Below, piece after piece: positions 1 to 11,754 of a DNA stretch of 40,029 nucleotides. This DNA is from Chiloscyllium plagiosum (lineage: Eukaryota). The notes below the pieces were generated by a model. That model saw nothing but the letters and a program-made list of their open reading frames with translations. It was not told the origin of the DNA and made no database searches. A program made the translations under genes and the position numbers. Location: assembly GCF_004010195.1 (NCBI RefSeq), contig NW_025215365.1:1-40029 (forward strand), in the 5' to 3' direction. Each line of letters opens with the position of its first letter. Within the stretch, counting starts at the first letter, position 1.

Positions 1-149
1 TTCAGACTACGTTTTTGTCTCCTCTCGGCCGAGGGCTGCTGTGCGCGATTTGTATTTTAATAGACCGCACTCCGAAAGGACATCAAGGGGATTTAAACGT
101 GTCCCGCAGGCAGTTTTGAGGAAACTGGTGTTGTTCTTGAAACAAGGAG

Positions 150-470
150 ATGGGGGACAGGTTCGCTAAGGATGGCCAAGATTCTGACAGGATAGGTAAG
201 GTAAGCAAGGATAACGAAGACCAGGGGAGACAGATTGAAGGCTTTGGTTGAAGGTTGTGGAGGGGGATAGAGGGTGTTTGTGAGGAAGAGCCCTTTTTTA
301 ACGACCTGAACTGGCCCATGAGGGTGGTCAAACCAAAGACAATTATTGATTTGAAGGAAACCAAGTTGCAGGGCTGTGGGCGGGAAATAAGATGATCCAC
401 GGGGGCCGGGGGTGGGGGAGCTGGCATCGAATCGCTGGGCCGAATGGTCAGAAATGACTCAATCACAAAC
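150..470 (+). mobile_element. Old, degenerate CR1 LINE 3' fragment
   Basis: Weak similarity to the CR1 3' ends elsewhere in the window (ttgaaggaaa...aagttgcagggctgtggg...gggccgaatgg). Confidence 0.5.
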
Positions 471-494
471 CCAAGTTCTTGCTCTTGATTTGAC

Positions 495-935
495 TTTGAG
501 TTGATTTGATTGATTATTGTCGCATGTACCTAGCTACAGTGAAAAGTTCTGTTTTGTGTGCAGTACAGGCAGATCATACTGGACATAGTGCATTAGAGTG
601 ATAGAACAGAGTGAGGAAGATGATGTTATGGCCGCACAGCAGGTGCACAGACAGTGAGATCGGCAGTAAATTTAAAATTTGAGCTGTCCATTCAGAGGTC
701 TACTAACAACGGGGAAGGAGCTGTTCTTGAACCTGTTGGTGCGTGTGTTTAAGCTTTTGTACCTTCTGCCTGATGGAAGGGGTTGGAAGAGATTATAACT
801 GGGGTGGGAGGGGGACTCGATGACGTTGGCTGTTTTCCCGAGGCGCAGTTGGAGTCAATGGATGGGAGACTGGTTTGCACGAAGGACTGGGCCGTGTTCG
901 CAACTCTCCGCAGTTGCTTACAGTCCTGGGCAGAG
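495..935 (-). mobile_element. Rex1/Babar-like LINE 3' fragment
   Basis: Reverse complement resembles 7615-8050 (YGVCSAQDCKQLRRVANTAQS-like peptide and a similar 3' tail). Confidence 0.65.
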
Positions 936-1519
936 CAGACGCCGTACCGTCCTTCACCATGACGGCAGTAGTTAAGAACTTTGGAGACTATAGCAAGCTG
1001 TCAGGCCTGAGGCTGGGGAAGCTTCATTTGTCTTACAGGAGAGTGCACCGGAAAACTGGATAAGTAAGGAGGAAGACACTCACGTGTACAGGGGTCTAAT
1101 TTCATTGTCAGACGTACAGCAAGAACGTCAACTCCGGGGCTGAAGATAATTTGCTTCTTTAATTGAATTACTGAGCCGGCAAAAAAAACAACAATGAGAG
1201 CGATTAATGCACTACCCACCCTCCCTGTTGATAATTGCACAGGGCGAGATCAGTGGATCACAATTGTGGGTGTCTGGCTATTGAGAATCAGGATTACAGT
1301 AAACCCCAGTCACCCTGAGCTCACTGCTGACATGCGGCAGACAGAGCGATCATGTATCCAACCCGGCAGAGTAATGCACAGCCGCTGCTCACTGGTTTCG
1401 CTGTAACTGGGCGTGTAAACTCTCGGTGTGCCCATTCGCCATCTCGTTGTTTGCCTCTGAAATGGGGAAATCAATCCCACTTCTACTCCGGGTGCAGGAG
1501 GTCAGAGGGCGCCTGTCAG

Positions 1520-2100
1520 CCGTGCAGGATGTCGGTTAGGCCAGTTTAGGAACGCTGCGCTCAAATCTGGTCTCCCTTGCGACCGGAAAGGCGTCGCGAA
1601 ACTTTGAAAAGTTTCGGAAAAGATTTACGCGGGTGTTGGGAGGGTTTGAGCTAGAGGCAGGGGCTGAGGGCTGACATTACAGAGGTTTATAAAATGATGA
1701 TGGGTGTGGTTAGGGTAAATAGACAAGGTCTTTTCCCTGGGGTGGGGGAGTCCTGAACTAGAGGGCATAGGTTTAAGATTAGATTACTTACAGTGTGGAA
1801 ACAGGCACTTCGGCCCAACAAGTCCACACCAACCCGCCAAAACACACTCACCCAGACCCATTCCCCTACATATATCCCTGCACCTAACACTACAGGCAAT
1901 TTAGCATGGCCAATTCAACTAACCTGTACATTTTTGGACTGTGGGAGGAAACCCACGCAGACACAGGGAGAATGTGCAAACTCCACACAGTCAGTCGCCT
2001 GAGGCGGGAATTGAACCCGGGTCTCTGGTGCTGTGAGGCAGCAGTGCTAACCACTGTGCCACCGTGAAAGGGGAAAGATTTGAAAGGGACCTAAGGTACA
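1520..2100 (+). mobile_element. CR1/HER1 LINE 3' fragment, interrupted by an HE1 SINE at 1777-2066
   Basis: gaggtttataaaatgatg...gagggcataggtttaag resumes as aaaggggaaagatttgaaagggacc after the SINE. Confidence 0.8.
1777..2066 (-). mobile_element. HE1-type tRNA-derived V-SINE
   Basis: Reverse complement of cacggtggcacagtggttagcactgctgcctcacagc...gggttcaattcc (A/B boxes), with a taatctaatct tail. Confidence 0.92.
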
Positions 2101-2104
2101 ACTT

Positions 2105-2320
2105 TGGCTCCCCCAACCTGCAAAAAATACCTTGTCTATTTACCCTATCCACGTCCCTTATGATTTTATGAATCTCTATAAGGTCACCCCTCAGCCTCCG
2201 AAGTTCCAGGGAAAACAGTCCCAGCCTGTTCAGCCTCTCCCTGTAGCTCAAACCCTCCAACTCTGGCAACATCCTTGTGAATTTTCCCTGAACCCTTTCA
2301 AGTTTCCCAACATCCTCCTG
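2105..2320 (-). mobile_element. CR1/HER1 LINE fragment
   Basis: ORF 1991-2272 encodes LPELEGLSYRERLNRLGLFSLELRRLRGDLIE, the typical CR1 ORF2 C-terminus. Confidence 0.9.
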
Positions 2321-2840
2321 TTCACAGTCTCGTGTGTAATCAGCTCATTACCTGAGCCGTATCTCCCCCAACTGCTGCCCAAGGCCAGTCAAACGAAGGC
2401 TGGAGTTGACTGTGTTCGACCATCCAGGCTGACTCAGGGGATATTGAAGCTATTATGCAGCAAGATCGGGCCTGGGGTCGTAAACTGGGATTCTCCCCAA
2501 ACCCTGGGTCTCCCACTGCATGGAGAGTCAGCATCCTACAGCAGGAGGAACCGTGAGGGAAGCTATCCACCATGCCAGCAGCGAGCTCGGCAGCAAGGAT
2601 ATCCGAGCTGTCCATCCACCCAGCCATCAGTGTGAGTCATCCACATCTCCACCGGCACTGTAGATTATTGCAACCATTCACCTTCTGTCAACTTCAGAAA
2701 GCCTGAATTCTGCTCGATCAGGCCAGACTGCATGAATAATAGACTCTGCCCACACCAAGAGCACATCATTCTCCAAAAGGACATGATACCCAGTCAACAG
2801 AGGAGCCGTCAAAACACTGCAAGATAGGGGAGGAGAGAGG

Positions 2841-3668
2841 GACTTTTACCCTGTATCCAACCCTGTGCTGTCCCTGTCCTGGGAGTGTTTGATGGGGACA
2901 GTGTAGAGGGAGCTTTACTCTGTATCTAACCCCGTGCTGTCCCTGTTGTGGGAGTGTTTGATGGGGGACAGTGTAGAGGGAGCTTTACTCTGTATCTAAC
3001 CCCGTGCTGTCCCTGTCCTGGGAGTGTTTGATGGGGACAGTGTAGAGGAAGCTTTACTCTGTATCTAACCCCGTGCTGTCCCTGTCCTGGGAGTGTTTGA
3101 TGGGGACAGTGTAGAGGAGCTTTACTCTGTTATCTAACCCCTTGCTGTCCCTGTCCTGGGAGTGTTTGATGGGGGACAGTGTAGAGGGAGCTTTACTCTG
3201 TATCTAACTCCGTGCTGTCCCTGTCCCTGGGAGTGTTTGATGGGGACAGTGTAGAGGGAGCTTTACTCTGTATCTAACCCCGTGCTGTCCCTGTTGTGGG
3301 AGTGTTTGATGGGGACAGTGTAGAGGGAGCTTTATTCTGTATTTAACCCCGTGCTGTCCCTGTCCTGAGAGTGTTTGATGGGGACAGGGTTGAGGGAGCT
3401 TTACTCTGTATTTAGCCCCGTGCTGTCCCTGTCCTGGGCGTGTTTGATGGGAACTGTGTAGAGGGAGCTTTACTCTGTATCTAACCCCGTGCTGTCCCTG
3501 TCCTGGGAGTGTTTGATGGGGACAGTGTAGAAGCAGCTTTACTTTGTATCTAACCCCGTGCTGTCCCTGTCCTGGGAGTGTTTGATGGGGAGACAGTGTA
3601 GAGGGAGCTTTACTCTGTATCTAACCCCGTGCTGTCCCTGTCCTGGGAGTGTTTGATGTGGGACAGAG
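2841..3668. repeat. Minisatellite, ~69-70 bp unit x 12
   Basis: Unit gagctttactctgtatctaaccccgtgctgtccctgtcctgggagtgtttgatggggacagtgtagagg starts at about 2841, 2910, 2980, 3049, 3118, 3188, 3258, 3327, 3396, 3465, 3534 and 3605. Confidence 0.97.
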
Positions 3669-5221
3669 TAAAATCTGCAGGTAGTGTTCAGAGATGGGCT
3701 TGGTCACAGTTTACCTTCTCCTCTGAACGGAGCATTTGACCTTGGCGTTGTTGGGTGCGCTGGACATGCCCTGGGGTTTGCACAGCACTGACATTGGGAG
3801 CAGAGCGTGGGAAAACATTCAATCTCCAGCCTGCCCTAACAGCTTCCCTGAAGCTACGGAATTTGAAACACGTAACACAAATGACGCCGCCTGGTCTCCA
3901 GCAAATTACAGGGCAAAGGCATGAATTCAATGCAACACTCTGCCTGGAAAGGTGGAGGAGGAGAGAAACAGACGTGTTTGAAATTGCTGCGAGTAATTCT
4001 CAAGGGTCGAGCTTGCGGAGAGGCGGAGAAAGCAAAGTATATTTGAAATGCCACAACAGTCTGCTAAGAAAGGTCAATTATGAGACACAGCCTAATCCCT
4101 TTGAGTCTTTGCAGCCAATAACATCAGCTACACTGATTAAACAATGGCCTGACATTTTACCAGCCATTAACATTGATTGAGGGAACTCTCCAAAGTAACA
4201 AGTCTTGTAAACTATGTGTATTTTATGCAAAAATCAATACTCGCATTACCCTGGTTCAGTTCAGGACAAGTCATACAGGACCCACATCTGTCTCCCAAGT
4301 GATGAAAGGTTAAAAAACAAACCTGCTGTCTTTCCCAGAGGGAAAGTTCAGTTTTAATATTAAAGGTGAAGAATTGAGTGGACCTCCATTTTATTTTTTT
4401 TCAGTTTCTAAGACAGAGCAGTGTGCTTTTGCAAGTTTCACTGGCTTTTCCTTGTCATGATTTTCGTCAGGCAATATTGAAATCTCAGCCTGAGGGTCAA
4501 GCCAAGATGGCTGGAAGTTGGAGCTGAGGCTCCAGGGTGGCTGAACCACGCCAATACCGGCTGCTTCTGATAGACAGCGTCAGCATTGGGTGTGAGGGTG
4601 CTCAGGACAAGTTGGCAGCAGGTTTCAACATGAGTCAGCAGCCTGGCCAGGGTGAGGGTGAGGGTGACAACGCCAGGGGGAGGCAGAAACAGAGAGTACC
4701 TGGGAATTTGTATCAATGTGGGCATTTGTGGAAAAAATGTTTAATCGAAGCATACAGCAGAAAAAAGAAACGCCCCAGAGTGAGAGGTGAGTGAGTGAGG
4801 ATTGAGAAACCGAGCTGTGGTCAGCTCAATGTTACTACTGCAGGGAAATAAACTGATTAGTCAGTAGGATTGGTTAATCTTCTTCATCTTTAAAGTGAAA
4901 GTTGAGCTCTTACCTCATGTTTAGACTTTTCTTCTCTTTGTCTTTCTGCGAAATAGTTTTCATAAAAAGTCTGTACTTATTCTCAGGGTAACAAACTGTT
5001 TTTTCCTTGGGCTTTTGGATAGGCCAAATGGGGTGCAAGGCTTGCAGGATGTGTATCTCCCCCAATATCCCAGCCAAGCAGATCCACAGGGCGTTTGAGC
5101 ATCACAGTTTGGAGACTGGTCAGTTGGCGGTGTCGCTCTCGTGAGGTGGAATGCCACGTGGGTAGCACCTACGTCACTCGGTGTGACCTCTGTGTTGAAT
5201 GCTGGCCAATTACATCTCAGG

Positions 5222-5873
5222 TGTGGGATATAGGTAAAGTAGTGTTACTTCTGCAATCATAATTACTTATGCAAGGTAAATGCACTCACACCAGTGTGTA
5301 ATTGTTTCAGCCAAGAGCTGAGTCAACAACAATGAAAACGATGTGGAGGAAATATATAATTGTTTTTGTATTAGCTAAAATGTGCACACAAGAATAAAAC
5401 GTGCCTGTAAACAATGGTAGATGTTACAGACAAATAGATAAGGTGCTGTGAGGATGTAGGTTAAGCCAGATATGCCTGTACAAGCAGTAGCTATAAGCAT
5501 CTGTTTCCCACTTTTGCGAAAACACAAAAACAAATCCCAATTAAAAGGTGATAAGGATCAATATGGTTGGGGAAAGGGAGGAAATGTCACAGATGGGGGA
5601 AGTAGATAATAGTGAAGGAGGATATACCTAACAATGGGCCACAGCAGGATGTGGGGAAATGGCCGAGTAAAACTTGTACTTTGTTATGCACAAGGCCAGA
5701 TAAGGCATGAGATAAACAATAGTAATGGGTTTGGAGTAGTGGATCCTATATAAGATATGTACTTGCTAAACTCTGGGTGCCCTATTCCAGGCACCACGCT
5801 TGCAAACACACTGATTGCTTCAGATCTTGTCTCGGCCTGAAATTATTGAAGTGAGTGAGCTTTGTTTCTCACA
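5222..5873 (+). mobile_element. Putative solo LTR (ERV/LTR retroelement)
   Basis: TG...CA termini with an imperfect inverted repeat (TGTGGGA / TCTCACA), TATATAA at 5747-5753 and a U5-like end. Flanks cagg/ctgg match 3 of 4 bases as a TSD. No clear AATAAA after the TATA box. Confidence 0.6.
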
Positions 5874-6861
5874 CTGGGCATGACCCTCAGGCAGCAGCTG
5901 AGTGCACTTAGCCTCCATGGACACTGGCGTCTGCCATCTGCCAAGCCAACACAACCATCCTGGCATTTCAAGCACTGCACTGGCAGTGAGTGCACTGGCA
6001 CACGGGCGACTGGCATTGATGAGAGAGCGTCGTACATAGGGGACCGACACCCTTACCTCGGACCGGGCTGCATTTCAGAGCTGTTTGCTCGCCTTCTTAG
6101 TGCTTTCTATCGTAGCACATATTGGCATGCTTGCACCACCCCTGCCTTGACTTGCCATGCCAATGAGTACAGTCACCACAGCCAGGCGGCTTGTCTTAGT
6201 GTTCATCAGTCTTTATTGTACGCCAGTGCGCCACGTCAGTCTCCACATTGGCGGAGACTGAGGTGGCAAACACTCTGCATGCATAGCAAGCCAACAGCCC
6301 CGTCACCCGCTGTCAGGGGAGTCAGTCTTATTGGGAGGGTCCATGGGGGTGCCCATCAATCAGGGGATGCCAGCACAGTTAGCCAACAACTCGGAGCAGC
6401 CAAGGGCCCTGACCACAGCTGGGTATTCAGTTGAGGCTATCTCTGTCAGGGTGTCTGTGCCTCTGTGAGGGTCTGGGGATAGAGGAGGGACTGGGAACGG
6501 AGTAGGGTTAATGCTGTTTTACCCTATGGTCAGAGGCACGCTGGCATTACGGGATGGGAGGGGACAGTGTATGGTTACCTCATAATATCACCGCCTGGGT
6601 GGCAGTACATATGTGAACATGAGGATGTGATTGAAGGGCCTTGGGGGAGGGGTGAAGCCTGAGTCGGAGAGTTCATCAGAGCAGGGACCCTCCATCCCCA
6701 CCACAGAGGCAGGGAGTGGGAAGTGTGACAATGCTGGTCTTTTACAAGGTTATTATGCCCTTGAGTTTTTTTATCAGAGAGGGGGTAATTGGCCAGGCTC
6801 CATCGTTTCATTGGGGCCTTACTGTTAACCCTACTGCTAATGTCGTCAACTCAGCCCCATG

Positions 6862-7010
6862 AGGGAGATTTAAACAATCCTTAGATAAGCACATGGATGA
6901 TTTTGAGGTAGTGTAGGGGGACGAGCTGAGAATAGTTCACAGGTCGGTGCAACATCGAGGGCCGAAGGGCCTGTTCTGTGCTGTATTGTTCTGTGTTCTC
7001 TATGTTCTCT
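6862..7010 (+). mobile_element. CR1 LINE 3' tail
   Basis: ttagataagcacatggat...gggccgaagggcctgttctgtgctgta followed by a (tgttcta)-like tail. Confidence 0.8.
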
Positions 7011-7479
7011 AATAGAAAGTGCTTCAGGGCAAAAGGTTGAAAAGTCTTTTGAAGAAACAGGTCTGGTCAAGGGGGCGTGGCCATCTCTCTAGCTGTGCAG
7101 TTCAGTTCGGGAGTAGGAGTACCAGTCGGAACTGGAAGCTCTCTCTCTCCTTCGGCCCATCTAACTGCGAATACTGTAATTTGCCTGTACCATTGTTTTA
7201 CTGTTTGCACTGAGGGATGTGCATATCGGGACCATTGCAAGTATGTTCGGAACGGCATCATTAAGACGGGTTTGGATAGGATTCGTTATCCGGTATTCCG
7301 TTTTCGGTCCTTTGTGTTTCATTCCGTAATTTTGTGAATAAATGTTGTTTGTTTAAAACCTGGCAGTCGAACCAGCTCATTTACTCGGGGGATATATACC
7401 TAGCTAAAACAAATAGCCAAGTTATAGTCCGGGCTGCCTACTTCAAAATGTTCGGAGGGGTCTGGCCTAGGTCGTAACA
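7011..7479 (+). mobile_element. Probable partial LTR (Gypsy-like), 3' portion
   Basis: (CT)n tract, AATAAA near 7337, and ending ...ggtcgtaACA, which is R/U5-like. The 5' end is not identified. Confidence 0.5.
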
Positions 7480-7614
7480 AAAGGACTGGGAGGAGGAAAC
7501 ATATTTGGCGGCACAGATGAAAAAAACGCTGTTCTGTAGATAGAAGCGCGCACATAAATGCTTTCATTAATAAATAATTATACATACATACATAAATAAA
7601 TGCATATCAGGATG

Positions 7615-8050
7615 CATCACAGCTTGGCACGGTAACCGCTGTGCCCGAGATCACAAGAAATTACAGAGATTTGTGAACACAGCTCAGTCCGTCAGGAAAA
7701 CCAGCCTTCCTTCCATTGACTCTGTCTACACTTCCTGCTGCCTCAGGAAGGCACCCATCATCAAAGTTATACTCTCTTCCATCCTCTTCCATTGGGCGGA
7801 AGTTACAAAAGTTTGAAAACAGGTACCACTACACTCAGGAACAGCTTCTTCCCCACTGCTATCAGATTTATCAACAAACATCTCACATGTTAGAGTTGAC
7901 CCTTCCCTGCACCTTCTCTGTCGCTGTAATACTATATTCTGATCTATGACCCTGATGTATTTGTGTAAGGTATAGTTTGCCTGGATTCCATGCAAAACAA
8001 TACTTTTCACCGTGTCTTCGTCCACGTGACAATAATAAATCAAACCAAAC
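7615..8050 (+). mobile_element. Rex1/Babar-like LINE 3' fragment
   Basis: Encodes ITAWHGNRCARDHKKLQRFVNTAQSV... and ...TLRNSFFPTAIRFIN, the Rex1-type ORF end. Tail caataataaatcaaaccaaac. Confidence 0.75.
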
Positions 8051-8222
8051 ATAAATGGGCTCCACACGTTTCCACACCATCCAGCTGCAGTTCATGAGCA
8101 CAGACATGGTCCATGGATGGGGGCCTATACCTGAGAGTCCTTTGCCCCATCTGGAAGCAGGAACACGCGTGTACATGGAATGCTGACACTTCATCAAGAT
8201 CACAAGGGCTTGTCACCCATCT

Positions 8223-8492
8223 GGGCGGCATGGTGGCTCAGTGGTTAGCACTGCTGCCTCACAGTGCCAGGGACCCGGGTTCGAATCCACCCATGGGCGA
8301 TGTGGAGTTTTCATGTTCCCCCTTTGTCTGTGTGGGTTTCCTCCCACAGTCCAAAGATGTGCAGGTTAGGTGAATTGGGCATAGGGAATGCAAGGTTACA
8401 GGGTTTGGGTGGGGCTGGGTGGGATGCCTTTCAGAGGGTTAGTGTGGACTCAAAGGGCTGAATGGCCTGCTTCCTCAGTGTATGGATTCTAT
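8223..8492 (+). mobile_element. HE1-like V-SINE
   Basis: gggcggcatggtggctcagtggttagcactgctgcctcacag head and V-domain ggtttcctcccacagtccaaagatgtgcagg. Confidence 0.88.
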
Positions 8493-8619
8493 GGTCAGTG
8501 GCTGTGCCAGCGAGGTGCAACAATAAAGGGAGAGGGTCAATCCTGTGGGATGCCAGGGTCTAAGAGCCTGCATGCTCTCTCTTTCAAGGTCCTGTGACCG
8601 ATGCTCCCCTCTGCGAGGC

Positions 8620-8985
8620 CGACAAAATCACGAGAGGTACAGACAGGGTGGATAGCAAGAAGCGTTCTCCTGGAATGGAGGACTCAATTACTAGGGGTCA
8701 CGAGTTCAAAGTGAGAGGGGAAAGGTTTAGGGGAGACATACGGAGAAAGTTCTTCTCACAGAGGGTGGTGGGGGCCTGGAATGTGTTGCCAGCGGTGGTG
8801 GTGGAGCGGGAACGAGAGCGTCATTTAAGATGCATCTAGACTGATACATGACTGGGCAGGGAGCAAAGGGACACAGATCCTTGGAAAATAGGTGACAGGT
8901 TTAGATAGAGGATCTGGATTAGTGCAGGTTTGGAGGGCCGAAGGGCCTGTTCCTGTGCTGTAATTTTCTTTGTTCTTTGTTCTTT
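8620..8985 (+). mobile_element. CR1 LINE 3' end
   Basis: TRGHEFKVRGERFRGDIRRKFFSQRVVGAWNVLP peptide and a CR1-type tail. Confidence 0.88.
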
Positions 8986-8996
8986 TCACTGGACAG

Positions 8997-9805
8997 GTTG
9001 CTGGAAAACCGCAACAGGTCAGGCAGCATCAAAGGAGCAGGAGAATCGACGTTTCGGGCATAAGCCCTTCTTCAGGAATGAGGAAGGTGTGCCAAGCAGG
9101 TACACACATAAAAGATAGGGAGGAGGGACTTGGGGGAGGGGCGATGGGAATACGATAGGTGGAAGGAGGTTAAGGTGTGGATGATATGCCGGAGAGGGGT
9201 TGGGGGCGGAGAGGTCAGGAAGAAGATTGCAGGTTAGGAAGGCGGTGCTGAGTCCGAGGGTTGGGACTGAGAAAAGNNNNNNNNNNNNNNNNNNNNNNNN
9301 NNNNNNNNNNNNNNNNNNNNNNNNNNNNNNNNNNNNNNNNNNNNNNNNNNNNNNNNNNNNNNNNNNNNNNNNNNNNNNNNNNNNNNNNNNNNNNNNNNNN
9401 NNNNNNNNNNNNNNNNNNNNNNNNNNNNNNNNNNNNNNNNNNNNNNNNNNNNNNNNNNNNNNNNNNNNNNNNNNNNNNNNNNNNNNNNNNNNNNNNNNNN
9501 NNNNNNNNNNNNNNNNNNNNNNNNNNNNNNNNNNNNNNNGACCAGTGAGGTTCTGTCCTGGTGGCGATTGGAAGGGCGGGGCTCAAGGGCGGAGGAGCGG
9601 GAAGTGGAGGAGATGCGGTGGAGAGTATCGTCGACCACGTCTGGGGGGAAATTGCGGTCCTTGAAGAAGGAGGCCGTCTGGGTTGTACGGTATTGGAATT
9701 GGTCCTCCTGGGAGCAGATGCGGCGGAGGTGAAGGAATTGGGAATATGGGATGGCGTTTTTACCGGGGCAGGGTGGGAGGAGGTGTAATCTAGGTAGCTG
9801 TGAAA
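8997..9805 (-). mobile_element. 5'-truncated Penelope-like element (spans a gap)
   Basis: Minus-strand HSYLDYTSSHP / KNAIPYSQFLHLRRICSQEDQF is the PLE RT C-terminal region. The terminus carries CTGAAGA...GAAA (core at 9069-9075, minus). Confidence 0.88.
9277..9539. other. Assembly gap (others at 10508-10698, 16926-17078, 26534-27498)
   Basis: Runs of N, all inside PLE, CR1 or HE1 copies. Confidence 0.99.
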
Positions 9806-9985
9806 CACCGGGGCAGACTTTGGAATCCTTCCACTTCCATTTTTTTTTAACTGGGAGCTGGGTAAGGTGGGACAGGGCGGACAGAAGGTCAATAGTGCTC
9901 CCTTCCACTGTGCTCCCACCGTGAGACCCAGCCTCTGTCCAACCGGATGGAGGACACATGAGCCGGCAAAGCAGGACAGACAACA

Positions 9986-10326
9986 TGGCGGCACGGTGGC
10001 TCAGTGGTTAGCACTGCTGCCTCACAGTGCTGGGGACCCGGGTTCGATTCCATCCTCGGGTGACTGACTGTGGAGTTTGCACGTTCTCCCCATGTCTGCG
10101 TGGGTTTCCTGTGGGTGCTCCGGTTTCCTCCCACAGACCAAAGATGTGCAGGCTAGGGTGGATTGGCGATGCTAAATTGCCTGTGGTGTTTAGGGACGTG
10201 TAGGTTAGGTGCATAAGTCAGGGTGAATATAGGGTAGGGGATGGGGTCTGGGTGGGATCATCTTCAGAGAGTCGGTGTGGACTTGTTGGGCCTAATGGCC
10301 TGTTTCCACACTGTAGGGGTTCTATG
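9986..10326 (+). mobile_element. HE1-like V-SINE
   Basis: Full tRNA head, V-domain and CR1-like tail. Confidence 0.9.
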
Positions 10327-10344
10327 AATGACAACTAAGGGTAT

Positions 10345-10875
10345 AGGTAAGGCCACTGTTGGAATATTGCATGCAATTCTGGTCTCCTTCCTATCGGAAA
10401 GATGCTGTGAAACTTGAAATGGTTCAGAAAAGATTTACAAGCATGTTGCCAGGGTTGGAGGATCTGAGCTATAGGGAGAGGCTGAAGAGGCTGGGGCTGT
10501 TTTTCCTNNNNNNNNNNNNNNNNNNNNNNNNNNNNNNNNNNNNNNNNNNNNNNNNNNNNNNNNNNNNNNNNNNNNNNNNNNNNNNNNNNNNNNNNNNNNN
10601 NNNNNNNNNNNNNNNNNNNNNNNNNNNNNNNNNNNNNNNNNNNNNNNNNNNNNNNNNNNNNNNNNNNNNNNNNNNNNNNNNNNNNNNNNNNNNNNNNNGG
10701 CTGGTACAATTGCAACATTTAAAAGGCATCTGGATGGGTATATGAATAGGAAGGGTTTAGAGAGATATGGGCCGGGTGCTGGGTGGGACTAGATTGGGTT
10801 GGGATATCTGGTCGGCATGGACGAGTTGGACTGAAGGATCTGTTTCTGTCCTGTACATCTCTATGACTCTATGAG
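10345..10875 (+). mobile_element. CR1/HER1 LINE 3' end (spans a gap)
   Basis: LEYCMQFWSPSYRKDAVKLEMVQKRFTSMLPGLEDLSYRERLKRLGLF and a (ctatgact)n tail. Confidence 0.92.
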
Positions 10876-11084
10876 TCTAAGGCGGAGGGAAACAGTGGGT
10901 GCTCCCTTACTGCGGGCACAGCCCTTATGTGTGGGTGACGCATTGCCCATTGGCCTGCCATTTTCTCCATTTACAATTCCGATTGTGTGCCACTCTGATG
11001 TCCCATGGATTGGCAATTTACAGGCGGTGTATGAGTCCCAGGATCCCTAGAATTTCAATATCTCGGAAAGGTGGCTGTCAATTA

Positions 11085-11480
11085 GGTACAGACTGAGAGG
11101 AAAAAGAGCGCAATGGTCAATGGATTTTCTTTGGGCTGGTGGAAGGAAGTTCCCAGGGAGTTCAGTGTTGGGACTCCAGCTTTTCCAGCTTCACATATGA
11201 ATGTTTTAGACTTAAACGTACAATTTGAAAGTTTGCAGGTGAGGGAAAACCCGGAGGCATCGTGAACTGTCAAAGGAAGGATGCCAAAGGACACAGACAG
11301 GTTGGTGGAGTGGGCAGAGGGGTAGCCGAGGAACTTCGATGTGGAGAGCTGAGATGTGACTGATTTTGGAATAAGAGGCGACGGGCAGCAAAGGGCACCC
11401 GTCTGAAGGGGGTGCAGGAACAGAGCGACCTGGGAGGATGTGTGCATAAATCAGTGAAGGTGGGCAGGACATGTTGATGG
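11085..11480 (+). mobile_element. Degenerate CR1 RT fragment
   Basis: gttcccagggagttcagtgttggga (GVPQGSVLG-like) and aagtttgcaggtga (KFADD-like) remnants. Confidence 0.6.
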
Positions 11481-11754
11481 GCCCCTTCGGGATTTCCTGG
11501 CCTCTCCCACCACAGGCCTCCAATCCCCAGTGTCGGGGTCCGGGAGACTCCCTGCTATCGATTCCTGAGGTTAATTTTGTTGAGTCCGCCACACTCATTG
11601 ACCTTTAGACCTGTGTCAAAATACTGCGACAGTCGATAAGAATTTACAGCTAACGTGACGGCCTGCTCCCTCCCTTTTGGCGAAAGTAACCTGCCTCAGA
11701 ATCTCTTAGTGCAAGGCAGAGTCCATTCAGAGACCTGACCTGTCGGAGGTCACA

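Noticed and set aside
2340..2627. Minus-strand ORF ending at a donor-like CAG|GTAATG
   Set aside because: The peptide is unrecognisable and there is no matching acceptor evidence.
2841..3668. CRISPR-like appearance of the regular repeat array
   Set aside because: Units are contiguous with no unique spacers, the context is eukaryotic, and there are no cas genes.
4720..5110. Possible additional LTR ending ...gcatcaCA
   Set aside because: No clear 5' terminus, TSD or second copy in the window.
5862..6434. 190-aa ORF in a GC-rich stretch
   Set aside because: No recognisable domain or splice structure. Possibly an old unclassified repeat.
8223..8300. tRNA-like sequences with A/B boxes (here and in other copies)
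   Set aside because: They are heads of HE1-type SINEs, not tRNA genes.
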